DNA of 64,000 nucleotides from Bispira polyomma (GCA_965649765.1 OZ287755.1:3782001-3846000); one strand, 5' to 3'; positions 1 to 13,498 are shown, counted from the first letter of the stretch. Notes: generated from the letters alone by a model not told the origin. Numbers and translations: made by a program.

Positions 1-2134
1 CACACAAAAAAAAACTCACAGCATATGTACTTGTTGAATAGTTTAAGTGGTGGGATGTGGCGGTGTGATGGAAGTAGATGTTCACGTGGCAGTGGACGTG
101 GTAGGGATTTAGATTGTATTGGGTGCCTTAATTGATCTTTCTGTTCTGACCGCCCTACAATTACGTCCACACGAAACATGAGTAGCCAAACTTAGTAAGA
201 AGCAGCTATTGCTAAAACTGTAGACAGTCATATTCCCATCGCAAATTACTGGAAGACCCTACTGATCCACTAAATCATGGCAACTAAGCTCAATATAGAT
301 ACAGCAAAATCCAACTGTTATTTATGTTTTAATTAATATACAACTATGGTGGATACTCAGACTCCTGATAATGGATTAAAATTAAGTCACCAACCTGAAA
401 TAACACTAAACTGGTATTATCCATTGTAAATGCCATGATAATCAGTTCTTATTGACGCCAGTGGTAATACCAATGGTAATGAGACTGTTGAAATAACATA
501 ATATAACAGTGTAATGGTTATGTTGATGCTTTGCTTGGTTTCTGTAAGCCGAGAATAAGAATGAAATATTTTTAAAGGTATAACTGATGTCATTGTTTTA
601 GGGAAATATTTCATCAACAGCAAAAAGCAAAAACCAGAATATTATATTTTTTAATTCATTTGCATACTAAAAGAAAAGGAAAATGTCTTCAATTATGTAA
701 TGTGTAATTATAAACATCATCAACCCATGGAGAACAACGTGTGTGTGACACATGACACTATTGGGAAAATTTGTTACTTTATTAAAAGATTATGTAGCAT
801 GAATTGCGCTGGTGTTTTAGAAATGCTGCTTTATGCAGTGATACAAATATTTTTGTTAACAGTACTACATGAAATTAAATTACCTAACAAACAATACTGT
901 AAAAGTAAAATATCTTGTGCTGGAAGATTATGTCATGCACCATATGCGCAGCACCGAAATGACATTCTTGAATTATGCATTTACAATTAACACAGAGCAA
1001 TTACATTGGATCATTGCTATTGCATGAAGGAGTAAACAGATTCAAAATCAAATATTTATCTGTCCATGACGTTATGTTTTCTGTCTGCTACTTAGTTTAT
1101 TATTTTTCGTTACCAGGATTACACCAAAACCTTTAGAACCGTTAATATCAACATTTATATTTCAAGGATATAAAGTTTCTAGTAACATTTTTATTGGTAG
1201 AACATCCTAAAATCGATGTTGAAAACATATAGATATGGGGATATTAAAATATTACACACAATGACACTGTTTATGAGATAAAAACACGTACTTTCTGGAA
1301 TCCACCACCTACTTTCTGGATATAACGTGTGTTCACAGCGGGGCTTCCCCCCAAACATTCCAGAAATTGTCTAAACTGTACAGTTAACAAAACAGGGAAT
1401 GGAAGTCCAGCACTAAAAATATATAATATTTTCTCTGCCAAAAAGTCACACAAGTTACAGAAAAGGACATTCTTTATTATGGAATTTAAAAAACAAAATG
1501 ATCTTCTTCTATTTCCTCTTTCCATTCCTAGGTTGTCGAACAGCAGCCGACAACATGTGTTACTCCTGGAACCTATGTCTGTCGGGAAAACAGGCGGTGC
1601 CATAAAAATATTATTTTCCTCCACTTCCTTTCAAATTGTTAGTGTAGCAGACACCTTTGTTTTAAAAATTAGACATGAGGCCATTATTGAATGCCGCAAG
1701 TATAGTCTGTGGTATGTTGTGTTGTGACTCCAGCTCTCTGTCACCTATGACCCGAAAATTTCCGAAAAAGTTCCTGTGATAGTTTTGTCTTGGGGTCTTA
1801 AAGGGTTAATCATGCAAGCACAAGTGACCCCCACCCCCCCAACCCCCCTAATGTCATGACAGCTAGACCCCTTAAAGTTGAACCTCAAGGGACGACAATA
1901 AATACTGTACTCAAACAGGATTTCCACATAACAGCAATAGATTTTACTAGGAAATGTCCTCGTTGGACCACCGATTTTTCTCTGAATGAACAGCGTTCTA
2001 CTCATAGGGTATATAGGTTTGACAGTATTTGTATTGTAGGGTTAATGGGTAACTTTAAGTGAAGTTAAATAAAATTGTCACTTTGTCTCAACCAATTTGA
2101 TTAGCTGAAATTTTTGTGCATTCTAAGAATGTTT

Positions 2135-2360
2135 GGGAGGCTGCGGTGGCCTAGTGGTTATATGCATCTGCTATAGAATTACTGGGATCTCACCTCTGGG
2201 GATCGAATCTCACAGATTTCTTCTTCATGTGAGGAAAAATGGTCAGGTACTTGTAGGTTTAGTGGTTTACAGTACTTTAGCACTGGTTTCCCCCCACCAC
2301 TAAACCTTCGTAATATGACCAAAGCTGTTGAAAGTAGCCTAACACTCAAAAATAAATAAA
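2135..2360 (+). mobile_element. tRNA-derived SINE
   Basis: A-box-like GGTGGCCTAGTGG, B-box-like GGATCGAATC, 3' segment ATATGACC..GCTGTTGAAAGT and an (AATA)n tail. Related copies occur at ~47.4, ~52.3 and ~60.6 kb. Confidence 0.75.
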
Positions 2361-2404
2361 TTCCAACTATGTTTGTGACTACAGTCCCAGCTGGGATAAA
2401 AGCC

Positions 2405-2612
2405 AGGGCTAGGTTTTCTGATCTCACTGACCTTTGAGAGAGAGGCCAGCCACTACTTGCTGCCTGACTACTTCTCCAGTTAGTACAGGAGGAGTAATTA
2501 AAGCCTGAGTCGGGGCTAGGTTTTCTGACCTCACTGACCTTTGAGAGAGAGGCCAGACACTACTTGCTGCCTGACTACATGTCCAGTTAGTACAGGAGGA
2601 GTAATGAAAGCA
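2405..2612. repeat. Tandem duplication, ~108 bp x2
   Basis: GGGCTAGGTTTTCTGA(T/C)CTCACTGACCTTTGAGAGAGAGGCCAG...CAGGAGGAGTAAT occurs twice, nearly identical. Confidence 0.9.
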
Positions 2613-2764
2613 CATCCAGTGTACTAGTCTCCAGCCAAGTTCTCACTGTAATACAATGTCAGTATGTGATATACACATACATCTTTGTCAGGATAACACA
2701 TAGCATTAAGTACTCTTAACAGTCCAGTTTACACATTCTATCTGACAGGTAAGTCATGTATATA

Positions 2765-2962
2765 CAGTATAACCTTGGTTATTTGAACTTCTAGTGTCCC
2801 AATATTCGAGTTTATGAAGTTACAACTCATTTCCAGACTCCCAAATTCATGTTTTCCTATTGCTTTGCACACAAAAATGGCTCTTCTATTTGACGAACCT
2901 TCTATTATCCAAACGCAATATTGCCCTCCCCACAACATGTTCGGATAATAGAGGTGCTACTG
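2765..2962. mobile_element. Tc1/mariner (pogo/Tigger-like) MITE
   Basis: Left end CAGTATAACCTTGGTTATTTGAAC; right end reverse complement CAGTAGCACCTCTATTATCCGAAC; TA on both flanks. Confidence 0.75.
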
Positions 2963-4067
2963 TATTAGATTTAACCTAAGGTGTTCTATATATGATACAC
3001 TTACTCTCAAGATATATCATACCAGAATTGTATGTACAATCTTTTCTTTTTTTTGTCTAATAATCTGTCAAATCTAAGCTATTTCTATCTGGGTACTAAA
3101 TCTTCACTATGGGTGAACTTAATGTGCTGTAACATTTATTAATTTGTTCTTTAATCAGTTGCTGCAATAGTTTGACAATAGACTAACTTTAGTTAATACA
3201 AGGATAACGTAGAGTTACATATCTAGCTACCTTTATTTTGAGTATTTGGCTGTAACAGTTAAAATGTTACCTTCTACTGTGAACAACATGTGGTTTATCT
3301 ATTAAGAAGGGTCGCATGATCAGGTTTAGGCCTATCAAATTGAGCATTGACAGTGATATTGTTATATTACAGTGTCTGTTTTTGGTGCCCATCAAACATA
3401 CAAAAGTACAATGAGTGTAATAAAGAAATATTTCTGTTGATTATACTCTAATGGCCGTATATTGAGCTGTATGTCAAAATGATATTATACCATTGACATC
3501 AGCAGTGTTTATTTTTGCACAAATCATTTAGGAAATATAAACTTACACTGCCTCTTATGAGAATACTTTACCAAACACAAGTTACTTTAGTCCTCAATGT
3601 GTGGAATATTTACAAAGACCTGGCAAATATAACATGTACATAACTACCACATAATAATGCCACATATAAATCCCTATTTACTGGGTTCCATTTATCTTCT
3701 TTCAGATCTACTGTAATGTGATAGATAAAATCTATAACTTTATGATCACAAAGGGTAGTCAATACTAATCCACCTCAATTATGAATGTGTCTTGTGTAAA
3801 TACATATATTCTATGTTTTGTATACTACAAATTATACAACATACTATTTAAGTATTCACAGTAGAAAATATGGGATGTTCATATGTTGTTTACAGGTTTC
3901 TTTTAATCTGAGTGCATTTTTGTTGTCAAGTCAAGTATTACTGCATGTATAATGAATTGAACTCATATAGGTTAAGCCTATCTTTAAGCCTATGTTTATT
4001 TTTTATAAACAGAATCAGAATGATTAATTCTGTTCTCCTTGTCCCTAAATTATATATATATGTCACA

Positions 4068-4323
4068 GGCCAAATTAAAATCCAGGCGGATTTAAAATCT
4101 GCCTAGACCAAATTAAAGTTTTGATTTCACCTAGGCAGATTTAAAATCAATCTAAAATTTTAATTCCCCCTATTTTAATCTTGCCTTGGCGGATTTAAAA
4201 TCTGCCTATGCAAAATCAAAATTTTAATTTGGTCTAGGCAGATTTTAAATCCGCCCAGGCGAGATTAAAATTCTACAAGACAAACTTGAGGATTTTGATT
4301 CCGCCTAGGCCAAATCAAAATTT
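4068..4323. repeat. Nested inverted-repeat (foldback/MITE-like) element
   Basis: 4086-4149 is the near-perfect reverse complement of ~4192-4255. Each arm contains quasi-palindromic GGC(G/A)GATTT(T/A)AAATC(T/C)GCC units. Confidence 0.8.
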
Positions 4324-6329
4324 ATATATGCGGACTGTTCTACAGCCAATCAGTTCTTATATTTCTCTAAGTTTCTATTCTATTAATATATTTTTTTTAC
4401 TTCCTGTGTTTACAGATAAGAGAGTATCTTCTCGTTTTAGAGAGATTTAATTAATACAGTATTTAAATGTTAAATAGAGAATTAAGAATAATCAGTGACA
4501 TATACAATAGGCTAATGGTATTATAAATATCAATTACAACAGGGCTACTTTACGCACAATGATCTTGCAAAACAAACCAAGACAGTCAGAATTTAAGAGC
4601 ACATTATGATATCATTAAAGTACCTTGATTTGTATTATCACAGAAACCTCTCCCATGTCTAACTTCCATAGCAAAATGTGATAACAATTTGATTATGTTG
4701 TTAACATGTATGAACCACTACATATTATAAATGACAAAAAAATACCTGCTAATTAATATTTGCATACGAGTACATTTAAAACAAAAGCTAAATGTATACA
4801 ATAATCACCATTTACACTTAAATAGACAATTACTGGATTCTGTACATCTTGAATGAGCACATATATATTTCAAAAGATATACCACAATATAATACATCAA
4901 CCGAATCACAGAAATGACAGTCATATACACATAATAAAGTGAAATAAACTTAATCCTTTCGTGCCTGAGAGAAAACTACCACCAGTAAATGACAATTTTT
5001 AGTTATAAGTTAAAAATAGTCGAAGACACTAAAACATACACAGCAAAATACTTCAAGATTTCAATAATGACCTTATGTATAATATTTTGAACAGGAAAGT
5101 CTGCTCTTCCAACAATTTCCTATCGCAAGGAACTGAACGTAAACAAAATAATATTTGGGTGTCAAGGGGGAATTTTTTTGTAAAAGTGTTTTAATGAAAT
5201 GTATTTTTATATGTATCCCATATAAAAATATACCATTTATAATGTTCATGTGCACATAATAGATTAATATCAGGAATATTTACTGACCGATAAACCTTTT
5301 TACGAAATACAACTCTACAGATTTTCTATTTGTCATTTTCTTTGGTCTTCCTTGAAGCAATATTGAAATAAATCTTTCAGAGTATTTACTTAAGGCTTTT
5401 CAACCATAAACAGATACATAACTACCAGAAAATATTGACTGTCACCAATAAATCATTTTTCACTCTGTTTGACATATTCCTTTTAAATCTGCTCAGGCAT
5501 TTGTAATAAGATTCCCTTTAAGAAATTTCGGCCAACCTAAGTCAGGATATACTGTGTCGTCACCACATTCACATGTTTTACCTTTGGTATTATTTAATTT
5601 TTGAAAACTGATTGTTTGCACTTTATGTGTATAATATGTATTAGAAAAAAAACTATCCTTCTGTTTGTATTTGGTATAATTCAGAGTTGAACCAATTTTT
5701 AAATGGGCAGATAATTAATGTCTTGCTGTAATTTAATCAATAGCCCTTAAGTATCTTCAAATAAGTTTTGGCACTGGAAAATAATTCAAGAAAAAAATGT
5801 CACACTATTGCAGCATGATATTTCTGAATCCCATTCAAATTATGGACTGTTATATAAAAGCACCCTACTTGGGTTATGTACATTTCTTGCGCTCTACTGT
5901 GCCACACTCGGTGTCCACATTTCCCAATTAGGCTGACACTAAACCTGTTTTCTATGTTTTATATCATATACCCTAGTCATGTGTCTATCTAATTAAGCCA
6001 TAGTTACACCGAGGTAAAAACGTTTTAAAGATCACCTGGGACCTAAAATGTCCTAGAAACGTCCATGGATGGTCTTTAGCAAGGTTATAATGTTCGTGGG
6101 TTGTCTTTAAAGCACCTTAGAATGTTCCAATTATGGACAGGTTTTTATGTTTACAAGTGATTCCTTTCTAAGGACCAAAACATCGAAAGTTCAGCCAGAT
6201 AGTTGCAGGTAGCTGCAGAGTAGTTGCTGACTAGTATAATCATAATCTTTAAAACATTGGATTTGATGTATTGATCCATGTACTTTATATGGAATATGAA
6301 GTGTGGTGTCGTGTTTGGTATTTATACGA

Positions 6330-6742
6330 CTGCCGTGCAGTGTCGTTCCCTGTAGTGTAGTGTTGGTTTGTAAAGCACTTTAGACTGTGCCAGATTGAAG
6401 CCTGGGACTTAGCAAAGTACTTTTTTGAATTCAGGCCCTGAACAACATGTTTGACTCTGGTGAAAACCAAAGCTAACATTATAGCCGGATAATATGAAGA
6501 CTTCCTTTGAAAATAATGAATTCATCGACGTTTGTGCCGTCTTGTAGTGTGGTGTAGTCTAGCTTTGTGTAGTCGGCAGTTTGTAAGGGCCTTTAGACTG
6601 TGCTAGATTTAAGCCCAAGACTTGTCAAAGTCATTTAGTGAATACAAACCCTGCACAACATATTTCACTCCAATACAGAACAGAGCTAACATTATACCCC
6701 GATGATATGAAGACTTCCCTTTAAAATTATGAATTTATTAAC
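6330..6742. repeat. Diverged tandem duplication, ~215 bp x2
   Basis: TTTGTAA..CTTTAGACTGTGC.AGATT.AAGCC ... AGCTAACATTATA..C.GAT.ATATGAAGACTTCC is repeated. It includes a remnant resembling the CAGGGCCTG(T/A)ATTCA MITE end on the minus strand. Confidence 0.8.
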
Positions 6743-7157
6743 TTATTGGTAAAGACATAATATACCGGATTTGTTCCGACATTTGTTGCCCTAATAAACT
6801 ATAACTATTACAGTCACTGTCTGGAAATAACTCTTTTATTATAAATATACGACACAGAGATCAATAAATCACTCACACATTCTGATATTAGTTAAACAAA
6901 CACTGAGAGAGAATCCAGCATAAAGTAAATCTATGTGTATATTGATTGTCAAATAAACAGAGTTAAACCTCCAGGAGGAAATGTAAACAAATATCTGTCA
7001 TTTTGATCCATGTATATTGGAACTTATGTATGTACAAATACCATTATATTTAGTAAAAACTTCGGATGTGCCTTATGTAACTAATTGATAAACTTTACAT
7101 ATGCCATTTGCATTACTATCACAATATAATATATCAAACCTTTTTTTCACTACCACA

Positions 7158-7790
7158 ATTATTATTATTATAGATTTTTAATGCGCTTTATTGATGCTAG
7201 GCATCTTCTAAAGCGCAACAGCAGAATCATTAGTCCAATCATTAAGTCCATGGAAAGTGCAAAGTCGTAAGGAAGGAAGTGGGAGCGTGCACGAGAAAAG
7301 CTAAGGTGGGTAGGCAAGATTAAAAAGATAGGTTTTAAGCTTTTTCCTAAAACCGATAAGTGTGTCAACTGATCTGAGGTCAACTGGGAGACTGTTCCAT
7401 AACCGTGGAGCTGCAGTGGAGAACGCTCTGAAACCCGCCTTTCTGATTGGTCTGACCAAAGTGACAGAGAGTCTGTTGCCTCTCTTGTGGTTACTGAAGG
7501 AAAGAAGGGAGGCAAGGTAGGGGGGGGGGCTGTTGAGTGATTACAGCCTTAAAAGTGGTAACGTGAATTTTAAACAAAATTCGAGATTTAATGGGCAACC
7601 AGTGTAATTGTTTGAGGTAAGGAGTGACGTCTGTGCGACAACCCAGGCGAAAAATGACCCTACATAGGTAGTTTTGGATGGACTCGAGCTTTTTATTGTT
7701 TGATCCTACTTCAGTTTAAGTTATAAGAGACAGATATAACACAAGTTAAGCATTTTGAAATGAGATCAGGAAAAGGCTGAGGGATAATCC
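7158..7790 (-). mobile_element. L2/CR1-clade LINE 3' fragment
   Basis: Minus strand reads VTPYLKQLHWLPIKSRILFKI (L2 ORF2 C-terminus). The 3' tail GCGCTTTAGAAGATGCCTAGCATCAATAAAGCGC + (AAT)n is shared with other copies in the window. Confidence 0.8.
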
Positions 7791-8042
7791 ACTATTATGC
7801 CAGTCCGTTGTCACTCCCTGGGGGAAATGTGAATATAATTGAATTCCAACATAAGAATGTATAAAACTGTTGTATGATCAACTAGTGGCTGTGTCACACT
7901 TGCAAATATCATCACTGAGGAAAAACAACACCTTGTACATATCACTGTAACAGTTTTGCGACAATCAGTTGGTGAGTTTGCTGAAAGACAATGGCTTAAT
8001 GTTCAATTTACCAAATAACGATATATATCTATGTGCTTGTGT

Positions 8043-8190
8043 CAGTGTATGGAGTGTGATTTTAGTGTATGTGAGTAGGTGTATGGGTGGGTAGGTGTGT
8101 GTGGGAGTAGGTGGTAGGTGTGTATGTATGTAGTTGGTTGTGTGGAAAGTTATCTGTGGGGATAGATGTGTCAGTAGGTGTGGGTTGTTG
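8043..8190. repeat. GT-rich degenerate microsatellite
   Basis: GTGTATGTGAGTAGGTGTATGGGTGGGTAGGTGTGT..., same motif vocabulary as 13499-13982. Confidence 0.8.
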
Positions 8191-8316
8191 CTTCAGTGCC
8201 TTGGGTTTCAGAAGTTTCAATTGTTATAACGCAGAGACAAATAAGTAATGCGGTTAAATATTTATTATTGACTAGGTTATATCTAATAGCTTACTATAAA
8301 CAGTTAAGATATTTGC

Positions 8317-8662
8317 GGGCATAAGGTCACCATAACACTGGTGTCAATGCACCTTAAGGTGACCCTAAGGTCATCCTACAAATTTTTAAGGTCACCATAA
8401 ATTGAGTTTAAAATCTAGAATTTGAGATAAAGGTGACCCTGAAGATTTTAGACTGAGGTCACCATAAATTGAGGTTAAGCAAAAGGTAACCGGAAGTGAT
8501 TGAGACTGAGGTTACCATTAATTAAGTTAAAGTTTATGCGAATTATAAACAAAGGTGACCCTAATGATTTTTGAGATTGAAATTTATTTAGAAGATTTTG
8601 ACAATTATTAAATTTCACCATGAGTACATTATGTACTCTGCTCATAAAGTGACCTTATGCCC
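8317..8662. mobile_element. MITE with 14-bp TIR (PIF/Harbinger-like) and internal GGTCACCATAA repeats
   Basis: GGGCATAAGGTCAC ... GTGACCTTATGCCC perfect TIR; several internal AAGGTCACC/GGTGACC units in both orientations. Confidence 0.75.
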
Positions 8663-8779
8663 AACAAGACAGTAAACTTGTATTAACTGTTACTGTATAT
8701 GAATTATATCTTTTTATTTACTGACTTATTACTGACCTGACACTTTTTAAGTGTGCAACCACCAAACACTATATCTTAT

Positions 8780-9728
8780 GTAAGGAGTAGTACATTTCGG
8801 AAACAATCGGCTAGATTAGAGCCTGCTAGCGCCATACACAGTCCGACGTCTAGGTGCCATGCCTTTATATGTCTTGTAGGAGCACATTATTGTTGAAAGC
8901 AAAGGTAGCGCCTGAACGTCGGAAGGCATGGAAGGTTAATTCACTCTTGTTCAAGCCAAGCATTTGCAGAACATTTTTGAGGTGCCGTCTGACTCTTGTG
9001 TCTATCAAAGGGACCCAATTTTGATCAATCTTGAATTGGAACAGGGGAAGATTTTTCCCAGCTGGGGTTATACTCCAATAGCAGTGACCGGGCACAGGTC
9101 AGATCCAGGTAAGACGGGAAGAGTTAATAACTTAACCACATCATTTGTTTGTAGGGTTTTAGACCATTTTACCACTAACACTGTATAGCCTGGCTTGAAC
9201 ATGAAGTCGGCTCTTGCCAGCTGCTTCAGTGGTGAGTAAGCACTGACAGAATGAGGAAACAAATTGAACAGACGTAAAAAACTGAAAAAGCTTGTCAAAT
9301 AAATTGCTTTGAAAATCAAACCCATGTAGGTGTCTTCACATTTTTTCACCAGTTGTTTGAGCAAAGGTACATCAAACAAAGATTTTAACTTCGCCTGCAA
9401 GGGTCTATGCATTAACAGTGCTTTGTTATAGTAACTGATTCTAGGATCCTTAAAGGCTTCAACATTTACTCCAAACACAATGCACCTGGCTTTAATAGCC
9501 GACAAATGGTTGGCCATTAGAGAGACTGCAACATAATTATAGTGTAAAACTCTAAGAATGCTAGTAATTGAAAGACGTTCACCTTTAAGTGAGACCAGGA
9601 CATGATGATGCCAAAGGCCAAGAATACTCTATGCATTCTGTCACAGGCTTTTGCAGCTAATGGGGCAATAGCTGCATTCAGTCTCTCAATGGCCTTCCTG
9701 TTGAGCCACACCTCCAGTGCACATTTGT
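8780..9728 (-). pseudogene. Tyrosine recombinase ORF of YR retrotransposon 1 (frameshifted)
   Basis: ORF pieces 9517-9711, 9068-9517 and 8865-9095: FFSFLRL.NL.PHS, VKWSKT.Q, CPV, HAFRRSGA..HG. Confidence 0.88.
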
Positions 9729-9756
9729 CTGAAACGTTATATATACAAATATATTA

Positions 9757-12259
9757 TTAAATATTATGATTTATTTTTAACATAGTTGGGTGTGTTGGTA
9801 CCCATTGTACTGGACCTGCTAACTGAAAAAGCAATTCATGATTATTTTGTGTTTCTGTCCATCTGGAAAGGAGATTTTTGTTTTTTACATCCAATATGTG
9901 TACCACATTAAGTTCTGTGTCATTTTGGCTGGCTAGCATGTATATATTTCTAGTATACGTTGCAAGTGTGGGATCACAAGTTTGTCCGTTTTGTAGAACG
10001 CTCACTGTTTGATTGTCACATTTGACCAAAAATTTTTACGTTGCCATTTCTTAGCCCATATTTTAAGGGCTACTACAATGTTTAGCATCTCTAAGTATGC
10101 AATGTTATCATTGTGCATATGGTCTGGTAATTTAAGCTGGTATACTTGATTAGCATGGATGCCTCCCACTCCTGTGAGGCATGCATCTAATTTGATCTCA
10201 CCAGTTATGGGTTTATGGTCAAAGAACGAGACTTCATTAAATTGGTCTATGAATGTCTGAAACCAATTTAGATCACATCGGAATTCGGTGGTTATTTTGA
10301 ACATTTTTTTACTGTGGTTGTCTCTGAGTAACTGAGCATTCTGTTTAGAAACACCCTAGAATATTTTGATACACTTTGCAACGTATAACAAAAGGCCCAG
10401 CAGCGATTGTAATTCACGTTTACTGCAGTGAGTTTTTACTTCCCAGATTTTACACAGTTTTTAATTTCTCCCAATTTTTCACTCGGAATAGAAGTAGTGC
10501 CTTCTATGGTGTCAATTATTATCCCTAGTGGGTGGAGCCACAAGTTTTTTCTGGCTGACAGTAAGGCCAAGTTTGGATTATAATTCCTGCAATCGGTCAT
10601 AGGTATAATTAATCTTACTGGGCAACGATACGCAAAGGAAATCGTCGATATAGTTGTGAATACTGTGCCCTTCTGATTTCATTATAATGCGCACCGCATT
10701 TGAAAGTCGCTGAAATTTGGTTCACCAGTTCTGGTACCCGAAGGGCAAAGATTTATCTACATAGAAGGATTTCCATTTCTGGCCTAAAAGGTCAATATCT
10801 CCCGGATCTATGGGCACGTGATGAAAGGCGTGATTTACGTCCACTTTAAAAATCAGACAGCCCTTTCCTGGTTTAATTACTTCCTTTGTAAGGTGATCTA
10901 CAGATGGGTATGACAAAAGGAAATCTGTCCCCAGATAGGAAACTGGTGATACTCCAGCATTTACTGAGGCCCCTTGGGGCCAACTTAAATCGACAATAAC
11001 TCAACGGTTAGCGGAGCTCGATTTATCCCTCGTCATTAAAGGGGAGACATGTAAGTTTTGGATGGGTTTGTTTTTAAATGGACCCAACATAGCGCCTAAT
11101 CTGCATTCTTTATTCAAGTATGTATTCACATGCTCAGGGAACTCACTAGCAGATTTGTGATTCTCACCATTACATTCAGTTATGTTATTTTGATCAAAGT
11201 CCAGGGGGAAACCGTATTTGATTAGTAAAGGCAATTGCCAGTCCCAATAATTGTTCAAATACCGTTTCCACTTGTTTTCATGCAATTGTGACTGAATGGG
11301 GATTTGTAAACCAGCATAGTTGTGCCTGCTGTCAGCGCAAAGGTGTGCATGAGCCTTTACTATATTATATTCTGTTTTGTTTCGATTTTTGTCTTTAAAT
11401 TCTTTTCCTAACCCAGAAAGGGGGGTAAAACAATATTGAAATTCACTTTGCTCTTGCCATTTGACAAAAGTACTATTATTCTGAGCTTTTACAAGGAGCT
11501 TGGCCCTGTTGCGTTTTTGTTTTAACGCCCCACTATACTTGTCACCCCGAACAATGCACTCATTGTGATCTGTTTGCGTTCACCTTTTTGTTCTCTGTAA
11601 GGCCGGGGGTTGGTGTTATTCACACCTCTTTCTCTCGACCTATTGTTCTTGTTTCCCATTGTCTTGCTAGTTTGGGGGTTGGTGTTCTTCACAACTCCCT
11701 TCCTCTGCTTATTGTTTCTAGTTTTGTCAATAGTTTGTGTGGGTTAACGTGCCACATTGTTTTCACACATTTCCTCCCTAGTATTCACTTTGGTTAAACT
11801 GTCAAACCTGTTGTGAAGTGGTATTTCTAAGCATTGTTGTGTGCACTTGTTGGCACTATTGAGAACAGGTTTGGCATATTGTTTGGCCATTCTGTTCTCA
11901 CTTGTGCTACTTTCCCTATTCTGTCCACTGGACTTTTTGTGCACCCTATTTGGGACTTTAACATTACATTTACTTTTATTTACAATTGTTTGTTTAGGAG
12001 CCTTTTTCTCAGTAGTTCCATCAACACGTGTACTGTTACCTTGGTGAATTCTACACCCATTTTGGCTTTTACTTTTAACCATTTCACAATAACTAATGTC
12101 ACCTCTGCTGACCTTCATGTATGAACACATTTTATGTGCAACATTTTTATTAAATAAGTGAAAATCCTGAACATCAGAACAAAAAACCATTCTACTGACA
12201 ACATTTTTCATTTCTGTTTGTTTTGCCACTGTTATGTTGCAGTGGGCCCATAGTTTTTT
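9757..12259 (-). pseudogene. pol (RT/RNase H) of YR retrotransposon 1
   Basis: ORF pieces 11744-12229, 11001-11285, 10722-10916, 10002-10304 and 9757-10029; YIDD at ~10645. Confidence 0.88.
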
Positions 12260-13276
12260 GCAACCTATTTACTACATGAACTTGTTTTGTGTACTCCTTC
12301 ACATGTTTCGCACGTGTGTTTTTAAAAATCTACAGTTTCCCTCTTGAAAAAAGCAACATGTGACTGAGTTTGATTTGACATTGTTCTTTTTGGTTACATT
12401 TCCACTACGTGTACCATTATCGGCTGAACCCCCAGTAGTAGGCCAATGACGTTGAGCATGAGCTCTGCGAATCCTGTCCACCTTTTTGATATCGAGCCAT
12501 CCCAGTTTGTCCATCTCCATGTTTGTTAAAAGGACTGCATGGGAAGCCTTAGCCGCTTCCCAGGAAAAATCCTGGGCATCTTCCATAAGGCTTCCCATGT
12601 AGCCCAACATGGCCCCTTTAAAATCAATACTCTTTTCGTCTTGGATAATCTGTGTAAATCCACACACCCATTGAACTAGGGTCAGATCGTCATAACTGGG
12701 CCTAGATTTAGCACTTCCGGATAAAAGACATGAATTTGAGGCAAATAAACCGACTTTTTTACCATAACTTCGGAGCCGCCCCCTCATTGGGATTCAACTC
12801 TACCTTTGGTAGGACTCTCATTGATATTTTTAAGTTCCTTGAGCCTTTGCTCGACTTGAGTTTGAATTTCGACGTTGTACTTAAGCAATTCGACCCCAGG
12901 GACAATTGTACTGTTATCGCTACCCTTGTGGCCTTCGTCGAGGTTTACAGAGCTAGAATTTATAATTGGGTTTGATAGAGTAATACCAGCCTGCTCAGAT
13001 GTGTTCTTCCTGACCAATGTCTTCTCCGTTGCTTGCACCCGCCTATCCATTTTATCCATCATCTGGTTCATTGACTGTAATTGTGTTAGCATGACTTGTT
13101 GCCAATGCCGCCTGACCATCCGGAATGGATTCAGGCCGGGTGCTGGAACTAGAAACAACACCAGTACCTGAAACAACTTCTGGCAACAGGGCTGTACAAT
13201 TTATGGCCGCAGGCCTCTCGTGTTGTTTTAAACACCGACTACAATTTGCCACTTTTTTAGTCATTATGCGAGGCAT
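12250..13276 (-). pseudogene. gag-like ORF of YR retrotransposon 1
   Basis: MPRIMTKKVANCSRCLKQH..C N-terminal Cys/His motif, coiled coil, and YDDLTLVQWVCGF..LMEDAQDFSWEAAKASHAVLL (homologous to gag at 37.2-38.3 kb). C-terminal CETCEGVHKTSSC knuckle. Confidence 0.82.
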
Positions 13277-13384
13277 GACTGGAGTAAGTTGTAAATGATA
13301 AAACACTAAAATTTCTTTAAAAGCATATAAACTCCAATTGTGCCCTGTTTTAATTTTAAAGTCTTTCTCCTGAAACCTCGAATG

Positions 13385-13423
13385 CAAATGGCAGCCAAAA
13401 TTGAAGGGAAAATGCCTTTTATA
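13385..13423 (-). promoter_or_regulatory. Putative internal Pol II promoter of element 1 (TATAAAAG plus Inr-like CCATTT)
   Basis: TATAAAAG at 13423-13416 with an Inr-like sequence ~34 nt downstream; same layout as element 2. Confidence 0.5.
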
Positions 13424-13498
13424 CTAACACCGAGGCCCCTCCCATATTATTTAGACTGGTCCCCCAACACTGAGGCCGCTATCACCTGTGGCATTACA

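Larger units (their letters stand above)
8770..13495 (-). mobile_element. Tyrosine-recombinase retrotransposon (DIRS order, Ngaro-like) copy 1, degenerate
   Basis: Order is gag, RT (LKYGFPL.., FKVDVNHAFHHVPIDP, LPFG, NYIDD), RNase H (LDACLTGVGG, LEMLNI, KCDN) and YR (HAFRRSGAT). No methyltransferase was seen. Many stops and frameshifts. Confidence 0.92.

Noticed and set aside
1271-1727. Overlapping 117/132-aa ORFs with a faint THAP-like look on the minus strand
   Set aside because: No complete C2CH signature or other recognisable domain in a consistent frame.
6285-6479. 64-aa ORF in a duplicated unit
   Set aside because: The second copy has stops in the same frame.
8200-8770. Ngaro split direct repeats or DIRS inverted termini for element 1
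   Set aside because: I could not match this region to the 5' end (13400-13500) by eye, so terminal structure and the Ngaro subgroup call rest on ORF content only.
11588-12124. Hydrophobic plus-strand ORFs (also 35411-35866 and 37027-37348)
   Set aside because: Antisense shadows of A-rich retroelement ORFs; no independent support.
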